The notes under the pieces: model-generated
Database searches by the model: none
Told to the model about the DNA's origin: nothing
What the model saw: only the letters and a program-made list of their open reading frames with translations
Made by a program: the position numbers and the translations under genes
Shown: positions 18,455 through 27,858 of the stretch, one piece after another
How positions within the stretch are numbered: position 1 is the stretch's first letter
Layout of the letters: every line of letters starts with the position of its first letter
Assembly (NCBI GenBank): GCA_051382305.1
Contig: JBBCAV010000429.1
Coordinates: forward strand, 1-34,035
From: Bdellovibrionota bacterium FG-2
GTDB taxonomy: Bacteria > Bdellovibrionota > UBA1018
Length of the DNA: 34,035 nucleotides
Direction of reading: 5' to 3'

Positions 18455-19282
18455 ATGCGCCTCATCTATGATTACAAAGCCTATCGTGCGTTCTTGAAAG
18501 ACTACTACCTTTCCCAAAAGGAAAAAAACCCCTCGTTCTCTTATGCGGTCTTTGCAAAGCAAGTGGGGCTTTCGTCTTCGGCGCATATTCAGCTAATCCT
18601 CTCCGGTAAACGAAATCTCACCGTGCACAACATTCATCGCGTCGCAGAAACACTTTCATTACCCCAGGGAGAGCTGGATTTTTTTGAGACACTCGTTCAC
18701 CTCAATCAAGCAGAAGGCGTCTCGGAAAAAAAGTTTTACGCGGAACGTCTCCTCAATCTATCCGTCGATAAGCCGCAGTCCTCACGAAGACTGAAAGTTT
18801 CTTTTCTTCTTTCCAGCGGAATTCTTCCCGCACTGCTTCTCTCTATTGAAGGGAAAACCCTTAGTTCCGCCACCAGCGCGGGGGACCGCTTTGGATATTC
18901 CGTAGACGAGACCGAGAAGGTGCTCAAGCAACTTCTTAAAGAAGGCGTCATCAGGCTCGAAGAAGACCACATTCGCCTTTCACACCGGCATCTCATTTTG
19001 CACGATAAGAAGGCCCAGAGCCAGGCCCAAAAGAACTTCCTAAGTCAACAACTGCGCCTCTCAACCCGCGCCTTTGAGCGGATGTATGAAAAAGAAGGCA
19101 AATTCTTCGCCCATACATTCACCATCAATCCCGCGGGCATGGCTCGCTATATTGACGAAGTGAAAACGTTACTCGAAAAGATGACCCAACTCTCGGATGC
19201 AGAGGCCGGGGACTCAGTCATGCAACTCAATCTTCAGCTTTTTCCCTACGAAAAGAGCCTGCAAAAGAGCCACATCGATTAA
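18455..19282 (+). CDS. TIGR02147-family protein (XRE-like HTH + DUF4423), putative regulator
   Basis: Motifs YDYKAYRAFLKDYY...KNPSFSY..FAKQVGLSS...ILSGKRNLT and FFETLVHLNQA are present, with a C-terminal MQLNLQLFP. Confidence 0.85.
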   Translation: MRLIYDYKAYRAFLKDYYLSQKEKNPSFSYAVFAKQVGLSSSAHIQLILSGKRNLTVHNIHRVAETLSLPQGELDFFETLVHLNQAEGVSEKKFYAERLLNLSVDKPQSSRRLKVSFLLSSGILPALLLSIEGKTLSSATSAGDRFGYSVDETEKVLKQLLKEGVIRLEEDHIRLSHRHLILHDKKAQSQAQKNFLSQQLRLSTRAFERMYEKEGKFFAHTFTINPAGMARYIDEVKTLLEKMTQLSDAEAGDSVMQLNLQLFPYEKSLQKSHID

Positions 19283-19314
19283 CACGCGGAGCGTTAAAAG
19301 TTAAAAGCGTGCCC

Positions 19315-19731
19315 ATGAACCTCAAGAAACAGAAATACTCGCGCTTATCGTTCCTTATCCCTTTAGCCCTTCTGAGCCTATCGCTTTCGCCATCACTTTT
19401 TGCCGAAACGTCCTGGCTTCCGGCTCCGCCTGCGACGCCTCCAAATGCGCTAAAAACTCAGCTGCGCTACATGGACCTGCTTTTAAAAATCCGCAACGTG
19501 AAATACGTTGCGACCGCCTCTTGCGATGAACGCACCGGCACATTAGTCACATTCAAAAACATTGGCCCCGGGCCCACAGTCGATTGCATCGCCGTCCGGA
19601 TGAAGCACTCTTCGGACATTTCGGCCGTTGAAAATATCTACGAAAACCCGCTCCAGCTTGAGGGCATCTTGATCCTCTTCACTGATCAAGACCCCATTCC
19701 TAACAAGGGCGGCATCACTGTTCATAATTGA
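19315..19731 (+). CDS. Small exported hypothetical protein
   Basis: It has a signal peptide ending SLFA and two Cys, and lies directly downstream of the TIGR02147 gene. The start is either GTG 19309 or ATG 19315. Confidence 0.6.
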   Translation: MNLKKQKYSRLSFLIPLALLSLSLSPSLFAETSWLPAPPATPPNALKTQLRYMDLLLKIRNVKYVATASCDERTGTLVTFKNIGPGPTVDCIAVRMKHSSDISAVENIYENPLQLEGILILFTDQDPIPNKGGITVHN

Positions 19732-19985
19732 GGTTCTTCGGGAAAACGAGTGGGTAAAAAGGCGCGGTTTTTTTAACCTTGCAAAACTGTTCGGCTTACC
19801 GTTTTAACTCTCGCCAGCGCGTTTTTTGGTAAAATTTGTATTGAAAACAATCTCGAGACATGCAACAAAATGGTACTTTACACGGTAAAAGTGCGACTTT
19901 TTAATACGCTGTTTTTTTTCTAATCCACTTGTCGCGCACTTTCATGACATCAATACAACCTTCTTTCATGAAAGGAACCGTGCCC

Positions 19986-20900
19986 ATGTCACCTACGCCC
20001 ATCCCTTCGCTTACCCTGCAAATCCATCAGCGCGCTGTAGAACTTAGCGCCCGCTACAAAAGAGCTGAATCAGAATTACTGGAAATCCTCGATCAGGTTG
20101 ATCGTCACCGCGTCTATCTCAAGCGCGGACACTCAAGTCTTTTCCTCTACGTCGTCCATGAGCTTGGATTGTCCGAAAGTGTGGCCTACAACCTTATTAC
20201 GGTTGCGCGCAAAGCTCGTGAAGTGCCAGAGTTGAGAGGATTAATTGCGGATGGGACAATCACACTTTCGAATGCCCGCAAAATCGCACCCGTGTTAACC
20301 CCTCAAAACAAGGCCGAATGGCTGCAAAGAGCGGCGTCGCTGTCCCAACGCCAACTTGAAAAAGAAATCGTAAAAGTCAGACCCGAAGCCGCCACACCAG
20401 AAAATGTGAGTTACGTGACCGAGAATCGTGTCCGCCTAGAAGTGGGCCTCTCTGAACAGGACATGCTCGCGCTCAGGCGCGTACAGGACCTCTTGAGCCA
20501 AGCACGGGGACGTTCTGTATCCCTCGAAGAAGTCATTGCGCACATGACTAGAGAGCATCTCAAACGTCACGATCCAGTGAAACGAGCGAAACGCCAGATC
20601 GTTCGAAAGGGGAAACAAGCGCAAAAAGCGCCGCCAGCCGAAGCGCAACCTGTAGCGATACAGGCGATGGAGTCGCCAGAACGTAAGCGCGTCCCAATTC
20701 CGACGAATATCCTTCATCAAGTTCGTCTACGCGATCAGGGTCGATGCACGTACACTCACGAAAACGGGCAAAGATGCAATCAAAGCAGGTGGATTGAGAT
20801 TCATCATAAGATCCCCATATCCGAAAAAGGAACAAACACGTTGGAAAACCTTGAAACTTTATGCACCCAGCACCACAAGAGGGCTCACGCTACGGCATAA
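19986..20900 (+). CDS. HNH endonuclease with DUF222-like helical N-terminal domain
   Basis: The C-terminus reads RDQGRC...C...EIHHKIP..KGTNTLENLETLCTQHHKRAH; the N-terminus contains GHSSLFLYVVHELGLSE. An AAAGGA RBS supports ATG 19986 over the TTG at 19929. Confidence 0.85.
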   Translation: MSPTPIPSLTLQIHQRAVELSARYKRAESELLEILDQVDRHRVYLKRGHSSLFLYVVHELGLSESVAYNLITVARKAREVPELRGLIADGTITLSNARKIAPVLTPQNKAEWLQRAASLSQRQLEKEIVKVRPEAATPENVSYVTENRVRLEVGLSEQDMLALRRVQDLLSQARGRSVSLEEVIAHMTREHLKRHDPVKRAKRQIVRKGKQAQKAPPAEAQPVAIQAMESPERKRVPIPTNILHQVRLRDQGRCTYTHENGQRCNQSRWIEIHHKIPISEKGTNTLENLETLCTQHHKRAHATA

Positions 20901-20946
20901 CGGTAAACGACCCCGGCACCCACCACTTAGGGCTCCTTATTACGTT

Positions 20947-20966
20947 GCGTGCACGTGTACGCCTTT
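20947..20966 (+). terminator. Weak possible terminator hairpin between convergent genes
   Basis: GCGTGC-ACGT-GTACGC is followed by CTTT. Confidence 0.25.
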
Positions 20967-20987
20967 CGACCTTAAGAAAGTCCCCAC

Positions 20988-21416
20988 TCAAGAATCCGAA
21001 GAGCCATAATTGAAACAAGGCATCGACGTGAGGTTTCCACCTGTACTAAATGCCTGGTTTTGGAAGTAATTGACGTCAATAAGTCCGTCATATTGTGTGG
21101 CTGATTTTCGCTCAAAGCGCAGAAACACGTAACCGCTCCGCCCAAAGTCCTGAGTCACCATCATCACATTCCCGTATTCGATGAGCTGTAAACTCGGCTT
21201 CAAGAGCGTGACCACGTGCTCATCATTCTCGCCCATGAAGTTCTTCGTGCGCAACTCCACACTTTGAACAGCGCCATCGATCGACTTAAAAGAAACGGTA
21301 AGGGTGTTGGACTTATTAATGAGGCACGAAAAATGAGTGGTCGCCGAGGCCGCAAAGCCTTGCACACTCGAAAACACCACCATCCCTAAAACAAACAAAC
21401 GAATCTGATTTTTCAT
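20988..21416 (-). CDS. Small exported hypothetical protein
   Basis: It has an AAGGAG RBS, a signal peptide ending QGFA, and Cys near both termini. Confidence 0.75.
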   Translation of the reverse strand: MKNQIRLFVLGMVVFSSVQGFAASATTHFSCLINKSNTLTVSFKSIDGAVQSVELRTKNFMGENDEHVVTLLKPSLQLIEYGNVMMVTQDFGRSGYVFLRFERKSATQYDGLIDVNYFQNQAFSTGGNLTSMPCFNYGSSDS

Positions 21417-21628
21417 AATTGAATCTCCTTGCCCCGCTTATAGGCGATACTTCAGTGCGTTCGCAATGAAGCAAAAGATGACTCGAGGGTTTTCAATTAC
21501 AAAAAGTTATAGGGCTCTCAGTCATCGGTTTTCCGGTATAAGAAGTCTTGAAACTTTTTTGTGGATTCATCGCCTTAGGGCCAATACAATTAGTCTATAA
21601 CTAAATTGATACATTGGGGAGATGAGCG

Positions 21629-22933
21629 ATGAAATTCTACGTTCTGGTTACTTGCTGTGTGATGAGTATTGTGTGTGCAAATCTTGTGGGGTGCTCAAGC
21701 ACCGTGGCCACTCCGACGCCGGACCCCTCAGCAAGCGCATCGCCTTCACCCAGTGCAAGTGCCTCACCCGCTGCCGCAGCAACTCCGGGCCTTAAGGTTA
21801 CCGCCACGGTCTCAAACCTTTCCGCAAACGCGCTCATGCTAGGGAGCGCCTCTACGCTTCGTAACCCTATGCGCGACACAATGAACGCCTCAAGCCGTAC
21901 GGGCGAAACGCTCGTGACTCCAGCGTCGTACAAATTGGCCCTCGTTAATTTTTGGTTACTCAAGAGCGATGGAACCGAGATCAACGTGATCAACTCGGAT
22001 GCCGCGAACCCCACCTATACCGAAGAGCGTCCGTTGATCCTGGATTTTTCGACAGAGGGCGCCTCCCAGGAACTGTTCTCGGGTACGACATTTACAGCAG
22101 GAACTTATACCGGCTACAAAATGCAGTTTCTCTATATCGAAATGAATTTGCCTTGCGCGTTTCATGTTCCGAATCCCGCCTGGGAAACAGAATTTACAGA
22201 TGCGACTATTCTCGATCATTCCACCACGCGCAATTTTAGGACCTACTTCAACGCCGTTGGCAAATATTGGAAGCGCGATTTCGTGGTCGAGCTTGTGGCG
22301 GACTCCGGCGAGTGGTACTGGCCCAGACGCTCGGTTCAAGACGGCGCCGGCACGAAGAACTTCTTTATCCCTGTTGCCACCAACGACCATCCTCCGGGAG
22401 GCCCAGGATTTACGAGTGTCATTGATCTTTTTTCAAACGAAGAATTCTGGGGACCTGACTCCGGTTTCAGCACAAACACGGACCCCATTATTGTCGGAAC
22501 CCATTCGTCAGTTGGAGGCGTGAATGCGGTACTTCCATCCTCCTTCACCATCCCCGACGCACTGACTGAGTTTTTTAACATCGACATCAAGATCGATGTT
22601 TCAAATACGATGATGTTTGGCGAAACGAGCACATTTGCAGGTGATGTCACGCCCTTTCCAAGCGTGTTGGATCTAGGTCCGGCGTATGCTGCCGGAGGTG
22701 CGGGGTTTTACGGAGACCAAGGCCTTCATCCTTTGATGCCTGCCTTTACCGTGACAGTCACCAATGGCGCCACGGATGCGAAGGCTACGGCTGATAAGGC
22801 GTTTCAAATTCCGGAGGCATGTGTGACAGGCAATTGGCTAGAGCCCGTGTTGTGTCAGACGAATTACTGCCCAACGCACGCGACTGACAAGTTCTGTGTG
22901 GATTATGCGGCAGTGAAGTCCAATACTCCTTAG
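21629..22933 (+). CDS. Lipoprotein of unknown function with Pro/Ser/Ala linker and Cys-rich tail
   Basis: It has a GGGGAG RBS, lipobox LVGC, a PSASASPSPSASASP linker, a beta-rich body, and four Cys in the last 40 aa. Confidence 0.75.
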   Translation: MKFYVLVTCCVMSIVCANLVGCSSTVATPTPDPSASASPSPSASASPAAAATPGLKVTATVSNLSANALMLGSASTLRNPMRDTMNASSRTGETLVTPASYKLALVNFWLLKSDGTEINVINSDAANPTYTEERPLILDFSTEGASQELFSGTTFTAGTYTGYKMQFLYIEMNLPCAFHVPNPAWETEFTDATILDHSTTRNFRTYFNAVGKYWKRDFVVELVADSGEWYWPRRSVQDGAGTKNFFIPVATNDHPPGGPGFTSVIDLFSNEEFWGPDSGFSTNTDPIIVGTHSSVGGVNAVLPSSFTIPDALTEFFNIDIKIDVSNTMMFGETSTFAGDVTPFPSVLDLGPAYAAGGAGFYGDQGLHPLMPAFTVTVTNGATDAKATADKAFQIPEACVTGNWLEPVLCQTNYCPTHATDKFCVDYAAVKSNTP

Positions 22934-22935
22934 AA

Positions 22936-23935
22936 TTAGAAATGGCCGACCTGGCCCATGTATTTTCCGCCGGTTTTGTTTGCCGTGCCAGTGACGTGTC
23001 CTGCTGACATGATCGTACCAGTTAGTTCGGAGCCCGGCTTGAAGCGGATTACCTTTTTTGCCGAAGCTTTAGAAACCGAGAACGATCCCAGACCATCAAT
23101 CGTTACGCCGTCGGCGGTTTGTGCAGCCATCTGAGCCATTTGCACGGCAAAGTTCTGCAAAAATAGGTTTAATTCTTTTTCATTCAGGTCTGCTTCTTTC
23201 AGCAAGAAGTCAAATTGCTTATCGGTCAAGCCTAGATTTTCAGATTTCGGATTGAGATAGGCTTTGCCTTGTTCTTCGATCAACGTGTTCAGAACGACAT
23301 CTGCTGCCTTAAGAAGCGCAGCGGAACTAGCTACGAACTCAAAACCCTTCTCCCTCTTCTTCGCAAAATCCTCAATAGCCTGGAAAAGGGGCGCAGAGAC
23401 GGCAGCACTGATGACGGCTCCTCCTGGAACAAACGGGGCCGCGATACGGACAGCGTCTGCTTTAACGGCGTCAGAATTCTTACTCAAAGTTTCTGTGTAA
23501 AAACTTAAAGATTCCAGAAAAAGGTCCTCGCCCTTTAGTTCGATACTTGCAAATTCGCGGAGCAAATCGGACTCAGCAAAAACTACTGAAGTCCAATAAT
23601 TCTGCGCAAAGCGATGGGCCGCAGCTTTGACCATCGCCTGATCGGGATTGAAAATAATTTGGCCATCATCCTGCGAGAAGATTCCAACACCCGCAAGCGC
23701 CAGCGATTTACCACTATTCAAAGATTTCGTGGTCGATGTAATGAAAGCATCCAGCGCCTTTTTCGCCTGCTCCTTTGTGAGTCCGGTCTTGGCAGAGAGA
23801 TTTTCCATCAGCATGACGGGGTACTTCCTGCCGCCAAAATCACTGCCGTTCAGCGGCACTCGCAGCCGATGCAGTGGACGATACCGCGATGAGCCCCAAA
23901 ACAGTGACAGACATGATTTTCGAAAATTTTCTCAT
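22936..23935 (-). CDS. Tandem HU/IHF-like (DNABII) domain protein; signal peptide separated by a 1-nt frameshift
   Basis: A GAGGAG RBS and ATG at 23935 give MRKFSKIMSVTVLGLIAVSSTASAA, which stops at 23840. The body (23859-22936) has two HU-like segments: LSAKTGLTKEQAKKALDAF...LAGVGIF and EADLNEKE...VTIDGLGSFSVSKASAKKVIRFKPGSEL. Confidence 0.7.
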
Positions 23936-24051
23936 AAGCAGTAACTCCTCGGGTAATCTTTCAAAATATCCAAGGTCGGCGCCGCCTGTTTAAGGCTTTG
24001 CCACCTGACCTAAGATCTTACTCATTACTTCAATATTTTCGAATACGAATC

Positions 24052-24066
24052 ATTCCCACAAAGAAT
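24052..24066. promoter_or_regulatory. LysR-type T-N11-A operator
   Basis: The palindrome ATTC-N7-GAAT sits in the divergent intergenic region, with a degenerate copy at 24036-24050. Confidence 0.55.
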
Positions 24067-24088
24067 ACTTCGGTGTATCCTCATTACT

Positions 24089-24970
24089 ATGGAACTCAAT
24101 CATCTCCGTACCTTTTATGCCGTCGCCCGGGAGGGCGGTTTCACCCGCGCCGCTCAGGTTTTGCGCGTTCAACAACCCGCCGTGAGCAAGTCGATCAATT
24201 TGCTTGAAGAATCTCTGGGGATCTTACTTCTAGAAAGAAGTCGCACGGGCATTCGCTTAACTCAGGCTGGAACGCTGATCTATCAATGCTGCGAAAAAAT
24301 ATTTTCTGGGGTGGAAGAAATCCAAGTCATCGCGAGCGCCGAAAAGAAAGAGTGCAAGGGCCCCTTACTTTTTGCGGCAACCGAGATGGTGGCCGTATAC
24401 CTTATTCCGCAAATGCTCAAAAGTTTCTTAAAAGAATATCAAGAAGTTCAGCCCCGATTTTTTGCGGGAAACTCCGCCCAGATTTGCGACGAACTCCTTG
24501 ACGGAAAAGCCGACTTCGGAATGTTCTATACAAAAATTGAAGACGAGCGTTTTGTCATTAGCGATCTTGCAAAAGTCCCTGTCGCGCTTGTTGTTGCCGC
24601 AAAGTTTCGTAAGAATCCTGAGGTGATGAAATCCTATGTTTCTGCGCGAACCCAAGATTACCCCAAGAGCATTGTCGAGCGAGAAATTCGAATACTTGGT
24701 GGCTTTGGTTTAAAGTATCCGCCAAAGATTGAAACGAACAACTACGACGCCCAAAAACAGGCCGTCCTCTCAGGCCTGGGTTGCAGCATTTTGCCCCTCT
24801 ACATGATTCAGGATGAGGTAAAAAAGGGGACGATGCATGTGATCGCGACCCCACCGGATCTCGCCTATACGTTAAGGCTCGTTATTCGACGAAACGCGGT
24901 TCTTTCCAGAAACTCGCGCGTCTTCTTGGATTATTTCAGAAGTGAGATTTCGAAGCTAGTTTCATCCTAA
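24089..24970 (+). CDS. LysR-family transcriptional regulator
   Basis: It has the HTH LRTFYAVAREGGFTRAAQVLRVQQPAVSKSINLLEESLG.LLER, followed by a substrate-binding domain. Confidence 0.95.
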   Translation: MELNHLRTFYAVAREGGFTRAAQVLRVQQPAVSKSINLLEESLGILLLERSRTGIRLTQAGTLIYQCCEKIFSGVEEIQVIASAEKKECKGPLLFAATEMVAVYLIPQMLKSFLKEYQEVQPRFFAGNSAQICDELLDGKADFGMFYTKIEDERFVISDLAKVPVALVVAAKFRKNPEVMKSYVSARTQDYPKSIVEREIRILGGFGLKYPPKIETNNYDAQKQAVLSGLGCSILPLYMIQDEVKKGTMHVIATPPDLAYTLRLVIRRNAVLSRNSRVFLDYFRSEISKLVSS

Positions 24971-25526
24971 AAACTAATTCGAAGCCGCACCATCAAACCC
25001 ACCATGAGCTCCACTCGCTTTGTGGGTTCGGGCAAAATTTCTTCTTCCGACTTTGAAAAAATACAACTTGCGGCCGCCAATACATTTACGCCTCCTACAA
25101 AGTAGAGCGCCGTACTCAAATCAGGCTGTGAGGAGGTCGCCGCATTCAGGATATTAAGAGCAGCAGTAAGGGAATGAGATATGACTCGAATTTTTCGCAC
25201 GCCCCGCGCGCGCTCAGAATTTTGCTCCAAAAACTGCCTAGAAAGCCGCTCCCGATCCACTTTTGAAAGACTAGGAACACCCTTGAGAATTCGCTCAAAG
25301 CGCAAATAATCATTATTGATCAGCACCAAGTAGGACCCATACCCCACCGCGCCGCTGATCACATAGGCCCACCCGTTTTCCGAATTCTCACGCTCAATAG
25401 TTTCCGCCTTTTGGGTCAACAAATCGTAAGAACCCGCAAAGGCCCGGGCGCAACCCCCATAGAACCCATAAGCCAGATGGCCAAGAGTGCCGAGAGCACA
25501 AGGAGTTGCCTACAGGCGTATCGCAA
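24967..25526 (-). pseudogene. Membrane/exported protein with frameshifted signal peptide
   Basis: The signal-like frame LRYACRQLLVLSALLAIWLMGSMGVAP joins RAFAGSYDLLTQK if one C is added near 25447. The start position is approximate. Confidence 0.5.
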
Positions 25527-26617
25527 ATTCTGTCGCAATCCTATTTTCAGGCTCTCCACCACTCAAATCCCCCCGCATAAACTCATAGACAATACCCACT
25601 TGAAACACCTGCAGACTATACTGAAGGCCTCCGGTTCCAGAATTACTATTGGCGCCGGCTATTAACTCCATAATTCCAAATTTGTATGAGGCGCCTAAGC
25701 GAAACCGTGACAAAAAGTCCTCCGCCGTAAACAGATTAACGGCGTCGATGCCCACCCGCAGAATACCAAAGGCCAAGGGCGGCCGAACGCCGACCCCAAT
25801 TCCAAGATCCTTCTTCTCCGGATAAAGCGTATCACGAGGGGTCGCCACACCGACATTCGTTATCGACAACCCCACCCAGGGCATACTCTCCGAGTGCCAG
25901 CCAAAATAAGGATCAACGAAGATCGCACGCTGGTTCTTAGAAGGAAGCAGCGTTCGGGGATCTTCCGTCACGGCCTCAAAGAGTGAAAACGCCGCGTGGA
26001 CATAATTGCGCTCAATCAGCCGAAGCTTGGTACCGGCGCTAAATTCATGCAGCTCAGGAGAGATAAATTCCAAAGGGATCCCCCCCCGAAAAAACGAAGC
26101 TCCGCTCAATGGACGCATGAACAGAAACCACCGGAAAATTAGGATTGTGCACTTCTGAGACGTACTGCACACGATAGGGCGAGAAGGCGCCCGAGAAGTA
26201 GCGCGTCGAAAATACGAGCCTCACATGCGCTTCTACGCTCGTGACATTTTGCCTCTGAAAAAGCTCTTGCAGAAACCCCTTACTGAGCGGTTTAAAAATG
26301 AACCGATCCGCATTGGAGAGCGCCGTGTAATCATTCCCTACGAAAATTCGCGCGAGCAGAGAGTTTTCCTGAAGAGCAGGAAGAAAAGCAGGATTACAAA
26401 CTGTTCCATCGGGAAGCGTATCGCGCGAAAGGAAAAGCTCAGCAAGTCCTCTCGACCCAGCCGTCAGCTCCATGCTTTGAAACCTCGAAGGAACTCGGCT
26501 AAAAGCATAGTCAGATGGAACCGCGTACCCCGAGGTGGAGCAGAAGGCAACTCCCAGAACGAATCCGAGAATCAGGGCTGGGCCGGTAGCGGTTCCTCGG
26601 GCGAATCCGAATCGCAA
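25510..26617 (-). pseudogene. Outer-membrane beta-barrel-like protein split at a G8 tract
   Basis: ORFs 26617-26054 and 26172-25510 join (FVFSGG|IPLEF) if G8 at 26080-26087 becomes G7, giving 368 aa. The product has a signal peptide, an NPA motif and amphipathic strands. Confidence 0.75.
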
Positions 26618-27332
26618 CGAAGACCCTTGCGAAATCCCTCTTGGCTCGCCTCGGCTAGCGAAGCCGCGCCTGGCAAACCACTTGGTCGAGCTCTTGAAAC
26701 TTTTGAGTCAGGGCGGTGGTCAGCGCTTGAACCTCGACCAATGAAGTCTGTCGTTTTGGAAAAGTTTGGCCAAAATCTTCTATTCCTAGAGTTAAAGTTT
26801 CTGTGATCCACGCTAAGTTATCTCGTAAATGTCCCAAATCGAGGCGACACGCCCAGCTCCTAGTCCCAAACTCCGAATCACCGACCAACTCACTTCCAAG
26901 GTAAGCCTTGAGAAGCGCAATTCGGATGAATAAACGGTAGATACTAACATCTCTTGTCGCCTCAACGGGGTCAAGACATTCGAGAGCTTTTCGCAACAGC
27001 GGCCACTTTTCTTTCGGCACATCTGGAAAACGATTGAAAAACCCCACAATTCTTCGAAACTCGTTCATGAGCGCATCAATGTCACCGGCGAGTTTTTCAA
27101 CAAAAAAACATTTATCGACAATCTGACTGGGCTCACTTTTTGGTGCGGCCTCGCTCGCGGGCTCTGGCGCCTTAAGAAACGTATCGTTCACGGAGCGGCT
27201 AAAAACCACATCGGCAAACGAGTCATAGAGACTGTAAACATCCACTCCCGCTTCGCCCAAGAGCGCTGACGCCAGCATGGTGCGGGCCTCCGCATTGGGT
27301 TTGCCGCCCAAAGCCGTGTCTTGCGAAACGGT
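26572..27332 (-). pseudogene. 5'-truncated helical protein fragment
   Basis: The frame opens after a TGA at 27335-27333 with no credible start or RBS. It contains the TPR-like EARTMLASALLGEAGVD, and possibly a further frameshift near 26680. Confidence 0.5.
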
Positions 27333-27829
27333 TCATCTAAAGCGCAATCCGTCAGCATCACTTTAGCCTCCTCGTGATCGCCGACTCGTTCTCCCACAAT
27401 TTCTATTTTAGAAACCTTGCAAGCTTCAGCTTCGCGATCAAAGGGCATCTTAAGATTCTGTTTCATCACCCAAGATCCATCCGGGCGAGTCTCGATAAGC
27501 CCTTTAGACACTTATTTAAGGACGCGACGAAGTTCGGCAAGGATCTTACCCAGCGTGACTACTGGACTACCGTCGACTTTCACGTCAGCATTTAATGCAT
27601 TTGAGATTTCGTTGAGAACGGTTTCAATCGGTCTGAGCAAATCTCGAACCCCTCCCAGCGTCGTGATTTCATCGGTTTTCACAAGGCGCTCCGTCAGAGC
27701 GGTGTTCGCCTGGTCATTAGTAATCGAACTATTCGAGGCCACCGGCATAGACCGACCACAGTAGGTCAGAGCGAGTGCCAAGCTCAAACAGACCCCAACT
27801 TTCCAGAAAACCGACGCATTTTTTCTCAT
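27188..27829 (-). pseudogene. Lipoprotein gene with in-frame premature stop
   Basis: It has a GAGG RBS and a signal peptide ending LTYC. TAA at 27514-27512 is followed directly, in the same frame, by VSKGLIETRPDG... Confidence 0.6.
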
Positions 27830-27858
27830 TTCGAACCTCGTGTGAATTTAGGAGACGA

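Noticed and set aside
19986-20900. HNH gene as IscB/Cas9-like RNA-guided nuclease
   Set aside because: No PLMP or RuvC motifs are visible, and there is no adjacent repeat array.
26225-26806. 193-aa plus-strand ORF
   Set aside because: It is an Arg/Ser-rich antisense shadow of the minus-strand operon with no motifs.
27512-27514. In-frame stop as genetic-code reassignment or readthrough
   Set aside because: TAA terminates many normal genes in the window, and neighbouring lesions point to decay.
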